Shown piece by piece: positions 45,759-57,700 of a stretch of 64,000 nucleotides of DNA. This DNA is from Deltaproteobacteria bacterium (GTDB lineage Bacteria > Myxococcota > Kuafuiibacteriia > Kuafuiibacteriales > Kuafuiibacteriaceae): positions 28,804 through 92,803 of the forward strand of contig JAVJQW010000064.1 of NCBI GenBank assembly GCA_040218735.1, read 5' to 3'. The translations under genes and the position numbers were made by a program. Every line of letters starts with the position of its first letter. The first letter of the stretch is position 1. The notes under the pieces were generated by a model that was given only the letters and a program-made list of their open reading frames with translations, was not told the DNA's origin and did not search any database.

Positions 45759-48700
45759 ATGCCCGAGATCGAGGTCCAGGACGGTGCGCAGGAAGCGCCG
45801 AAGACCGCGGCGGACGACGCCTCCAAGCCGAACGGCCACGTCCCGAAGAGTCGCGTCCTCGACACCGAGGGGTTGCTCGACAACGACCGGCTCGCGGCCG
45901 TCGAGCAGGAGCTCGTCGACGCCGAGCGGTGGGCGGATCTCGCGGCGGTGTACGGGGTCGCGGCGGAGCGGGCGCCGGACGCTTCAGTCGGTCGGCAGAT
46001 GCTCTTGTCCGCCGGGCTGCTCTGGCTCGAGAAGCTGAACCAGCCGCGGCGCGCCGAACCCTACCTGGCGCGCGTGCTCGCGTCCGATCCCGACAACGTC
46101 GACGCGCTCGAGGCGATGCGGGACATCTGCGTGGAGGCGGGGCGGTTCGAAGAGGCCGCCGATCTGCTCGACCGCGCGGCGCTCTTGGTACGGGACGAAG
46201 ATCGCTCGGAGCTGCTAGTGGAGATCGCGGGCATCGCGTACGCGAAGCTCTCGGAGGTCGACCGCGCGCTCGCGGCGCTGCGTTACGCGTACGAGCTCGA
46301 CCCCGCGCGCGTCGACGTGCTCGACGAGGCGCGCACCGTCTTCATCGCCGAGGAGCGGTGGCTCGACGCCAAGCGGGTCCTCGACGACCAGGCGCAGGTG
46401 GTCCTCGCGGCCATCGAGAAGCCCACCTCCGATCAGACCGCCGACGTGGCGGGTGCCAACGCCGACGAGGCGAAGCCGAGTGACACGCTCGACATGCAAG
46501 GCACCTTGCCGTCGTCGATGCAGAACGAGGCGACGGCATCGATCGCCGAGGCGTACCGTCACCTCGGGATCGCGCTGCTCGATCACGCCGTGTGGCACGA
46601 GCTGTCGCAGCAGTGCCTCGACCGGGCGCGCGCGCTCGGCGACGCCGAGGCGCTGTCGAAGCTCGACGAGCTCGCGCACATCAAGAACGAATGGAAGTCC
46701 CACGCGGCGCGGTACCGCGACGAGGGGATGGAGGCGCGCGACAAACGGCGCGCCGCGGCGCTCTACCTGAAGGCGGCCGAGCTGTACGCGCACTACGGCG
46801 AGGATCCGATCCGCGCCGACGAGTACCTGGATCGCTGCCTGTTGCTCGTGCCCGGTTACCCGCCCGCGTTGCGGTTCATCGAGGCGCGGCAGGCCGGTGC
46901 GGGCCCCTCCGAGGCGATCGTGAAACGCCTGGAGGGGATGGTCGCGAGCGTGAAGGATCCGACGATCAAGGTCGAGATCCTCCAGCGCCTCGCGCGGCTG
47001 CTGGAGACCACGCTCGCGCAGCTCCCGGAGGGTGAAGATGGGACGGCGACGGTCGATTCGATCGTCGCGGCGTACCGTCGCGCGCTCGCGCTCGCGCCCG
47101 GACACCGATCCGTCGCGGCGCGGGTCACGCAGATCCTGATGGCGGAGGAGCGCTTCGGGGACGCGGCGCAGGTCCTGGAGAGCCACCTTTCGGCGCTCAC
47201 CGACGAGTACGCGAAGAACCAGGCGCACCTCGAGCTGGGGCGCCTGTACGCCGAGATGCTCGGCGACTCCACGCGGGCACGCGCGCACTTCGAGGCGGTG
47301 CTCGTGCACAACCCCGCGCACCACGGCGCGGCGCGCGCGCTGTACGCGCTCTACAAGGACGCTGGCGACGCGCACCACCTGTTGTCGGTGCTGAAGGTCC
47401 TCGTCGAGTACAGCCCGGACCTGTTCTCGCGGCTCGACATGCTGCACGAGATGGCGTCGGTCGCGGCCGAGGTGAGCCGCGAGGAGGCCTTCCTCGTGAA
47501 CCGGCAGATCTTCGAGATCGATCCGGACGCCGACGGCGTACGGGATCGTCTCGAGACGCTCGCGGAGGCGCTGTCGCGGCACCACGCGCTCGCGGACGCG
47601 TACCGCGCGGCGGCGGAGAAGAAGGGCGGCGAGCGTGCGCTGTCGCTTTGGTTGGCGGCGGCGCGCATCTACGACGAGAAGCTCCCGCGGCCGAAGGATG
47701 CGATCGACGCGTACAAGTCGGCGCTCAACCTCGACAGCAGCAACGACGAAGCGCGCGCGGCGCTGGAGCGGTTGCTGCGCCAGCAGGACGATCCGGAGGC
47801 GCTCGTCGCGGTGCTGCAGAGCCAGCTCGACGGGAGCGACGACGCGGACAACAAGAAGCTCCTGCTCGCGAAGATCGGCGACGTCCTGGACCGCGAGCTG
47901 AACGACGTCGACGGCGCGATCGATCGCTTCGTGCAGGTGCTCGAGCTCGACCCGGACGACGCGACGGCGCTCGCGAACCTCGACGATCTCTACCGGCGCG
48001 CGGAGCGCTTCGAGGAGCAAGAGCAGATCCTCGTGCGGCGCGAGAGCAAGATGGAGACGGCGAGTGACCTCGTCGACATCCAGGTGCGCCGCGCGCGTGT
48101 GCTGCAGGAGAAGCTCGACAAGGCGGTCGACGCCGCGGAGCTGTACCTCGACATCCTCGCGCGCTCGCCGGACCACGGCGAGGTGATCGCGGCGCTCGGT
48201 CGCCTCCTCGTCGCCGACGTCGTCCCGGTGCGCATCGCACGCGCGCTGGAGCCGATCTTCGGGCAGCGCGGCCAGTACCAGCCGCAGCTCGACATGATCC
48301 TGATCCTCACGGACGCCGAGCAGGATCCGTCCGCCCGGGCGGAGCTCGCGCGGCGCGGCGCGCAGATCGCGCAGACGCGTCTCGGCGACGCCAACGCGGC
48401 GTTCGACCTCGTGGCGACCGCGCTCCGCGCGAGCCCGGGGAGCGAAGACCTCGCGGAGTGGTTGCTGCGGCTCGCGACCGAGCTCGAGACCCACGACCGC
48501 GCGGCCGAGGTGCTGTCGTCGATCCTGGAGGGGGATCTCGAGCCGGCGGTGGAGGGCAACATCGCCTCCGCGCTCGCGGAGCTGTACGAGCGCACGCTCG
48601 CGGACCCGTCCCAGGCCATCACGTATTACCGGCGCGCGCTCGACGCCGACGGCGGCAACGCGGCGGCGATCGCGGCGCTGGAGCGTCTGCTCGGCGCCGA

Positions 48701-51700
48701 GCAACGGTACGAAGAGCTCGCCGCGCTCCTCACCGAGCGGATGGCGGCGGCGGAGGACAAGTCGGCGAAGGTGCAGCTCGGGTTGGCGGTGGCGTCGATC
48801 CGCGCGGAGCACCTGAACGACACCGACGGATCGATCGAGGCCTATCGCGAGGTGCTCTCGCTCGAACCGAAGGAGGCGACGGCGCTCGCGCGCCTGGCCG
48901 AGACGTACGAGCGGGCCGAGCGGTGGCGTGAGCTGGTCGGCGTCCTGGATCGCATGCGCGACGCGAGCGACGACGCACGTGTCGTCGCCGCGACCGAGGT
49001 GAAGGCTGGCGAGGTGCTCCGCCTGCGCCTCAACGAGAAGAAGCAGTCGCTGGAGCGATACCAGGCCGCGCTCGCCGCGGATGACACGCACGACGGTGCG
49101 ATGCGCGGGCTGGAGGCGCTGCTCGAAGACGTCGAGCTGCGCGCGCAGGCGGGGGCTTCGCTGGAGCCCGCGTACACGAAGAAGGAGCGGTGGCGGGATC
49201 TCGTCATCGCGCTCGAGAGTCAGCTCGGCGCGGTCGTGGAGTCGGATCGGCGCCGCGATCTCTTCCTCAGGATCGCCGACGTCGAGAGCGACAAGCTGGA
49301 CCAGCCCGACGGTGCGTTCGACACCCTCGCGCGTGCGTTCCGCGAGGGCCTCGTACCCAACGAGGAGCGCGCCCGCCTCGCGACGCTCGCGCTGCGCGCG
49401 AACCGCGCCGGCGACCTCGCGGTGCTCTACGAAGACGCGCTCGAGACGAACAAGGACGACGCGGAGCTGCTCCGCGATCTCGCGCGCCTGTACGACGGCG
49501 CGGCGGGCGAGCCGAACAAGGCGCGCACGGCGTGGGAGCGCCTACGCAGCGCGGTGCCGGGCGACGAAGAGGCGCTCGGCGCGCTCGAGCGTCTGACCGC
49601 GGCGGGGGACGATCCGGGTGCGCTGGCCGAGGTGTTGATCGCTCGCGCCGATGCGTCCGCCGATGCGGCGGAGCGCGTCGCGTTCCTGAAGCGCGCGTCC
49701 GCGATCTACGAGGAGGCGGCCGAGGAGCTGGACCTCGCGACGCGCACGATGGAGCGCGCGCGGGACGTCGCGCCCACGGAGCGTTCGACGTGGCAGGAGC
49801 TGCAGCGGCTGTACGAGCTGCAGAGCAACGAGCAGGGGTTGATCAACGCCCTCGCGCAGGAGGCGAAGCTCATCGAGGAGCCGCTCGCGCGCGCCGGCGT
49901 GTTGGAGCGGTTGGCGCGCGCGCTGGTCGCGGCGGGCGAGCGGGACCGCGCGATCCAGGAGTTCACCGCGGCGCTCCAGGCGCACCCCGAGCACACCCCT
50001 TCACGCAACGGACTGGAGGATCTGCTCCAGACCGACGTCGCCGCGAAGGCGGCGGTCGCGCTCGAGCCCGTGTACCGGGCGGCGGGCGACTGGTCGCACC
50101 TCGTCGAGGCCTACGAGATCCTCGCGGGGGCGACCGAGGATTCGGCGGAGCGCGTGGAGCGGCTCGTTGCGATCCGTTCGATCTACGAGGAGCGCCTCGG
50201 CAAGCTCGACCGCGCGTTCTCCGCGGCGGCGCGGGCGTTCTCGGAGGCACCGCTCGACGAGGAGCTGCTGGAGTCGTTGGAGCGGCTCGGGCGCTTGTCG
50301 GGGCAGGTCGAGGAGCTGATCGGGATCGTCGAGGACCAGGCGGAGTCGCTGCCGGTCGCGGCGGACGAACGCAGCGCGCTCCGGCTGCGCGTCGCGCGTT
50401 ACGCGGAGGCGCTGCTGCGCGATCGCGACCAGGCGATCGCGGCGTACCAGAAGGTGATCGACGAGCGCCCGGACGCGGTCCTGGCGCTGGAGGCGCTGGA
50501 GCGCATCTACGCGAAGGGCGGCGACGCCCGCGAGCGCGTGGACGTCCTGCGGCGCATGGCGGACCTCACGGACGACGCCGAGGAGCGCGTCGCGCGGTTG
50601 CGATTGGCGGCGCAGATCCTCGACGAAAAGCTCGGCGACCGCGACAAGGCGGCGCACCTGTACGAGCAGGTCGTGATGCACGCGCCCGGTGACGCCGAGG
50701 CGCTCGGGCGCCTCGACGCGATCTACGCCGAGCTGCGTGACCACCCGATGCTCTCGCGCATCCTGGAGATGAAGGTCGCGGCTTCCTCGGGTGAGGCGTG
50801 GGCGCAATCCAACTTGCGGCTCGGTAACCTTCGGCGTGAGAAGCTCGACGATCCGCGCGGTGCGATGAACGCGTTCGTGCAGGTCCTCGACGCGGGGCCG
50901 GAGGTCGGCGCACCGTACGAAGCGGCGCTGTTCGCGCTGGACGATCTCGTCGACGCGCAGAAGGAGAACCACCCGGACCTCGCAGGGCTCGGCGCGGAGG
51001 CGATGGAGCCGCACTGGCTGAAGAAGGGGATGCCGCTGAAGGTGATCGGTGCGAAGGAAGCGCAGATCACCGCGGCCGACGATCCCGAGACGCGCCGGAA
51101 CCTCCTGCTGCAGATCGCGGATCTCTACGTCCAGGAGGCGGAGCAGCCCGAGATGGCGTTCCTCGCGCTGACGCGGGCGTTCTCGGAGCAGCCGAACGAC
51201 GCGGAGCTCGCGGACCGACTCGAGTCACTCGCGCGTCAGGCGGAGACCGAGGAAGAGCTCGCGGACGTGTACGCGGCGGCGCTGCCGTCGATCGAGGACC
51301 CGGAGCTTTCGCTGCGCCTCGCGCGGCGGACCGCGGATCTGTACGACCGGGTGTTGGGGCGCGGTGAGGCGTCGACCCCGTTCTACGAGCGGATCCTCGA
51401 GCAGTCCCCGGACGACGCCGCGGCGCTCGCGGCGTTGGAGCGCATCCACCGTCGCGCGGGCGACGCGAAGAAGCTCGTCGCGACGTACCGCGGGATGCTG
51501 CGGCTCGCGGAGCAGGACGCCGAGAAGGTGCGCTTGTGGGGGCAGATCGCTCAGCTGCTCGAAGGGGACATCGAGGACAGCGACGGTGCGTTCGAGGCGT
51601 ACCGCGAGATGATGTCGCTCATCCCGCACGACGTCGCGGTGCTCAAGAAGATGGCGTCGCTGTGCGAGCGCTCCGGGCGTGACCAGGACCTCGCGATGGT

Positions 51701-54700
51701 CCTCGCGAAGGAGTCGGCGCTCGCCGAGTCGCCGGCGGAGCGTTCGAAGGTGCTGTTGCGCCTCGCGACGCTGCAGCGCGAGAAGCTCGACGATCGCGTC
51801 GCGGCCGTCGACGCGTACGCCGAGGTCTTGGAGCTGTCGAAGTCGGACCCGGGTGCGATCGCGGGCCTGTCCTCGATCATGAAGTCCCAGGGCGACGGGC
51901 GCGCGGAGGCCGCCCGTGCGCTGGCGCCGGTCTACGAGATGACCGGCGCGTTCGACGAGCTGATCACGTGCCTGGAGGTGCAAGTCGGCGCGGCGCGCTC
52001 CGCGGAGGAGAAGAAGGCGCTGTTCTCGCGGATCGGTGAGATCTACGACGAGCGCGTCGGGCGCCCCGAGCACGCGTTCACGTATTACTCGCGCGCTTTG
52101 GTCGAGGACCTGTTCGACGAGGCGCTGTTCGAGAAGGTCGAGCTGCTGGCGAAGGAGAACGGGCTGTTCGAAGACCTCGCGGGGCTGTACCTCGACGAGG
52201 TCGACGCGGTCACGGATCACGCGCTGCAAGTTCGCTTGCACCGCCGGGTCGCGGAGATCTACGACGCCGATCTGAAGGACGTCCCGCGCGCGATTGCGGA
52301 GTACAACAAGGTGCTCGACGTCGCCCCGGGCGACGGCGGCGCGCTGCGTGCGTTGGAGCGGCTGTACCGCGACGCGGGCTCGTTCGGCTCGCTCGCCGAC
52401 GTCTATCGGCGGCGCATCGCCCAGACCGAGGACCCGGAGGGGCGCGGCAAGCTGATGCGCGAGTTCGCGCGGCTGCAGTCCGAGGAGCTCGACGATCTCC
52501 CTGGCGCGATCGCGACGCTGCGGCGGCTGCTCGAGCTGTTCCCGGACGACGTCGACGCGCTCGCGCGCCTCGCGAAGCTGTGTGAGGCGCAGGGCCGGGC
52601 GTCCGAGCTCGCGGACGTGTTGGAGCGCCTGATCGGCGCGGCCGAGGACGGCTCCGCGGTCCAGACGGACGCGCGCTTCTCGCTCGGCAAGCTGAAGGCC
52701 ACGCGCCTCGGTGACCTGGGCGGTGCGGACCTGCTGTTCGAGGAGGTCCTGGAGGCCAACCCCACGCACGAGGCCGCGCGTGACTACCTCGAAGAGCGCT
52801 TCGAGGACGCCGTCGCCGAGGAGGACGAAGCGGTCGCGACCGCGACCGGCGAGATGCTCGCGAAGGCGATGCGGACCGCGGAGCAGTGGGAGCAGCTCGT
52901 CTCGGTGCTGCGCGTGCGTGTGTCGCTAGCAGAGGATGCGTCGGAGCGCGTGCCGCTCAACCGCGAGATCGCGGACGTGCAGTGGCAGAAGCTCGAGGAG
53001 CCGCGGGCGGCGTTCGACACACTCGCGACGGTGTTCGTCGATGCGCCGGGTCTCGGTGAGGTGCGCGCGGGGCTGGAGTCCCTCGCGGAGCAGCTCGTCC
53101 GGCCGGACCGGTTGGTGGAGGTCTACGCGTCGGGGTTGTCGAACCTGCACGACACCGACGAGCGTGTGGAGGTCGAGCGTCGCATCGCGCAGATCCTCGA
53201 CCACGAGATCGCCGACAAGGAGCGCGCGGCGGAGGCGTGGCAAGACGTCTTGCGCGCGAAGCCCGAGGACGAGGAGGCGCTCGTCGCGCTCGACCGCCTC
53301 GACGAGATGCTCGGGCGCTGGGCGGCGCTGACCGACGTGCTCGAGAAGCGCGTCACCCTCGCGGAGGACGACGAAGAAAAACACCGCCTGTGTGTGCGGC
53401 TCGGCGCGACCTGGGACGAGCGGCTCGGCGAGCGCGCCGAGGCGATCGAGTGGTACCGCAAGGCGCGCGCGATCAAGACGCGTGACAAGGAGACGCTCCT
53501 CGCGCTGTCGCTCTTGCTGGATCCGGACGACCGCCCGCAGGAGCTGTTCGCGGTGCTGGAGGCGCTCGCGGAGCAGACCGAGGAGTCCCGCCAGAAGGTC
53601 CGGCTCACGAGCCGCATGGCGGAGCTCGCGTCGGGCCCGCTCGACCAGGGCAAGGAGGCGATCCAGCTCTATCAGAAGGTGCTGGAGGCCGACCCCGGGA
53701 ACAACGCGGCGACCAAGGCGCTCGAGGAGCTGTACGAGCGTGAGGGCCAGTGGTTCGAGCTCGCGCGGCACCTGGAGATGCAGCTCGAGAACGCGCGCGA
53801 CGAAAAGGACGTCATGCGTCTGCAGCGGCGCCTCGGGCTCGTGCGTGGCACGCGGCTCGGGAGCGTCGACGAGGCGGTGCGTTCGTGGACGGAGATCCTC
53901 AAGCGCAACCCGAACGACGTCGAAGCGCTCGAAGCGCTGCGCCAGACCTACCGCACCGCGGAGCGTTGGGACGACCTGGTCGCCACGCTCAGGAAGCTCA
54001 TCCCGCTGCAGATGGACGCGGCGGGGGTGAAGGCGATCCGGTTCGAGCTCGCGGAGGTGTTCCTCGAGCACACCGGCGAAAAGGACGAGGCGATCGAGTC
54101 CGCGAAGCGTGTGCTCGACGTGGAGCCGCACACCGTCGCGGAGCTGATGCGGCTGGAGGAGATCTTCACGCAGACCGGCGCGTACGGCGAGGCGGTCAAG
54201 GTGATGAACTACCGCGCCGAGCAGGCGGACACCGGCGGGGCGAAGGTCGACATCCTCTTCGAGATCGCGGCGATCTACGAGGACAAGATCAAGCGCAAGG
54301 CGGGTGCGGCCGCGGCGTACGAGCAGATCCTCGAGCTGGAGCCTTCGAGTCTGAAGGCGCACGAAGCGCTCGCGGCGATCTACGAGGACAACGGCGACTA
54401 CCGAAAGCTCGTCGAGCTCTACAACCGGCGGCTGAACGTCACGGAGGAGGTCGAGGAACGCAAGAAGCTGCTCTTCGCGGTGATCGACGTGCAGGAGCGC
54501 TGGCTCGGCCAGCCGGACCTCGCGTTCATGGCGGCGTGCCGGGCCTTCGGGGAAGAGGGCGCGGACGAGACGGCGCAAGAGATCGCGGAGCGGCTCGCGG
54601 AGGAGACGGACAGCTGGGAGATCCTGGCGGACGTCTACGCGGAGCAGGTCGAGCAGGTCGGCGTCGCGCGGGCGATCGAGCTGCGGCGTCGGCTCGGTGA

Positions 54701-57700
54701 GATCTACATTCAAAAGCTCGAGGAGGAGGACGAGGCCGAGAAGCAGTTCGAGATGGTGCTGTCGATGCGGCCCGAGGACGAGGTCGCGCGTGCGCACCTC
54801 GTCGAGCTGCTCGAGAAGAGCGACCGCTGGGGCGACCTCATCGCGCAGCTGCGCGAGAAGGTCGAGCTCGCGACGGACGTCGGCGACAAGAAGCGGCTGT
54901 ACCGCGAGATCGCGCAGATCGAGGAGACGCGCGTCGGTGACATCGAGGCGGCGATCTCCAGCACGAAGCGGGTGCTGGATCTCGATCCGGAGGACGGCCT
55001 CGCGCTCGCGGAGCTCGTGCGGATCTTCCGCTCGACGGAGAAGTGGCACCCGCTGCTCAACGTGCTCGGGCGTCAGCTCGAGCTCGCGGAGGAGGTCGAC
55101 GATCACAAGCGGCTGCGCTTCGAGATCGCGCAGGTCTGGGAGCAGGGGATCGAGGATCTCGATCGGGCGATCGAGCAGTACTCCGACGTGCTGCAGGTCG
55201 ACGCCGCCTACGCCCCCGCGCTGAAGGCGCTGGAGCGGCTCTACACTCAGGAGGAGCGGTGGATCGAGCTGGTCGACGTGTACGAGCGTCAGGTCGAGCT
55301 CACCGAGGATCCGACGGAGGCGGTGCGGCTGCTGACACGCGTCGCCTCGATCTGGGAGGACCAGTTCCGGGATCTGGAGGGCGCGAGCAAGACGTTGATC
55401 CGCGTGCTCGAGATCGAGCCCGAGCACCTGATGACCGTGAAGAGCCTGGAGCGCGTGTGGCGCCAGGCGGAGGACTGGGAGCACCTCGTCGAGGCGCTCG
55501 AACGGCACATCGAGCTGACCGACGACAAGATGGAGGTCGTCGGGCTGTACCTGGAGATCGGCGAGGTCATGAACCGCGAGCTGTCGCGGGCGGACCAGGC
55601 CGAAGAAGCGTTCACCGCCGCACTCGACGTGGACCCGAGCTCCCGCGAGGCGATCCACGCGCTCGGCGAGCTGCACGAGCGGCACGGCAACTGGTTCAAC
55701 GCGTTGGAGATGTTGCACCGCGAGGCGTCGCTGCTCGGCTCGCTGCCGGAGGCGGTGGAGCTGTACCACCGCATGGGCACCCTCAACGAGGACATGCTCA
55801 TGGACCGGGCGGCGGCGAAGGATTCGTACGGGCGCGCGCTGGAGATCGACCCGAGCTTCACGCCGGCGATTCGGGCGTTGCGCAAGATCCACGAGGCCGA
55901 GGGGAACTTCGTCGAGACGATCAACCTCGAGGCGCAGGAGGCGGAGCACACCGAGGACCTCGACGATCGCGCGGAGCTGTATCAGCTCGCGGCGGACACC
56001 TCGCTGGAGCAGTTCGACGACGAGGAGCGCGCGACGCAGTTGTACGAGCGTTCGCTCGAAGCGAACCCGTCGCACCTGCCGTCGGTCCGCACGCTTTCGG
56101 ACATCTACTTCGCGACCGAGGAGTGGGAGAAGGCGGAGAAGCTGCTGGAGCGTTTGGCGGATCGCCTGGACCGCGCGGCGGACACCGACGAGCTGTGCCG
56201 GACGTACTACCGGCTCGCGTACATCGCCGAGAAGCTCGGCGACGACCACGGCGCGCTGAAGCGTTACCTCGCGAGCTACGAGCTGGACTCGAGTTACCTC
56301 CCGACGCTGGAGGGGCTCGCGGCGGCGTTGCTCAGGGCCGAACGTTGGGAGGACGCGCAGCGGGTCTTCCAGACGATCCTCATCCAGCACAAGGCGTCGC
56401 TCACCGACGCCGAGGTGGTGGACCTGCACTTCTCGCTCGGTGAGCTCGCGATGAAGCTCGACCAGATCGAGCGCGCGCGGAAGAGCTTCGACAAGGCGCT
56501 CGCGCTCGACGCCGAACACGGCGCGACGCTCCGCGCGGCGGCGCAGCTCGCGGAGCGGCTCGAGGACTGGGAGGAGGCGTACGATCTTCGCGACCGGCTG
56601 ATCGTCTTGCTCGACGGCGACGAGAAGTTCGAGGAGCTCGTGCGGCAGGCGAAGCTCTGCCAGGAGAAGATCGGCGAGCCCTACCGGGCGATCGACGCCT
56701 ACGCGGAGGCGCGGCGGCTACGGCCGGACGACGTCGAAGTGCTGCGCGCGCTCGTCACGCTCTTCGAGGAGACGAGCCAGGTGCACCTGCTCGTCGAGGT
56801 GCTCTCGGATCTGGGGCGGTTGCTCGCCACGCCCGAGGAGCGGCGCGATGTGTTCGTGCAGCTCGCGGACGTCTACATGAAGAAGGGCGAGCCGGATCGG
56901 AAGGGCGCGGTGAAGGCGCTCAACGCCGCGCTCGACGAGGACCCGCGGTACCTGAAGGCGTTCTCGCGCATCGAGGAGATCCTGGGCCGCGCGAAGCAGT
57001 GGCAGGGCCTCGAAGAGAACTACCACCGGATGATCAAGCGGATGCCGAAGGAGGACAAGAAGGCGCGCGGCGTCCTCTGGCGCTCCCTCGGGGATCTGTA
57101 CACCCGCGTCATCAAGGATCCGGAGCGGGCGAAGGTCGCGTACGAGGTCGTGCTCAAGCTCGAGCCAGAGGCGACCGACATCGCGCTGCACCTCGCGACG
57201 ATCTACACGGCGAAGCGCGAGACGGCGTCGAAGGCGCTCGCGCTCTACCACCGGCTGCTGCCGGACGTGGACGATCCGGCGCTCCCCGCGCGGCGGCTGT
57301 TCGAGCTGTACTCGGCGCTCGGTCAGCGTGACCGGGCGTTCTGTGCGCTCGGTGCGTTGCATCTGATGCGAGCGGCGAGCGAGGACGAGCAGAAGGCGTA
57401 TCAGCTCCTCTTGAAACGTTCGCCGTCGTGGCCGTCGCGGGCGCTGACGGACAACCTGTGGCGGACGCAGGTCCTCCACCCGCTGTGCCGCAACCCGTTG
57501 GCGCAGATCCTCAGCGTGCTCTACCGGGGCGCGCCGGAGCTGTTCGCGGAGGGGCAGCGCGAGTTGGCGCTGAAGAAGAAGGAGCGGATCGACCTGTCGC
57601 CGAACACCCGGAACAAGCGGGTGCGGCTGAGGTACTTCGACATCTTCTCGCGGCTCGCGAGCGCGATGCACGTCCCGCCGATGGAGCACTTCCACCGGCC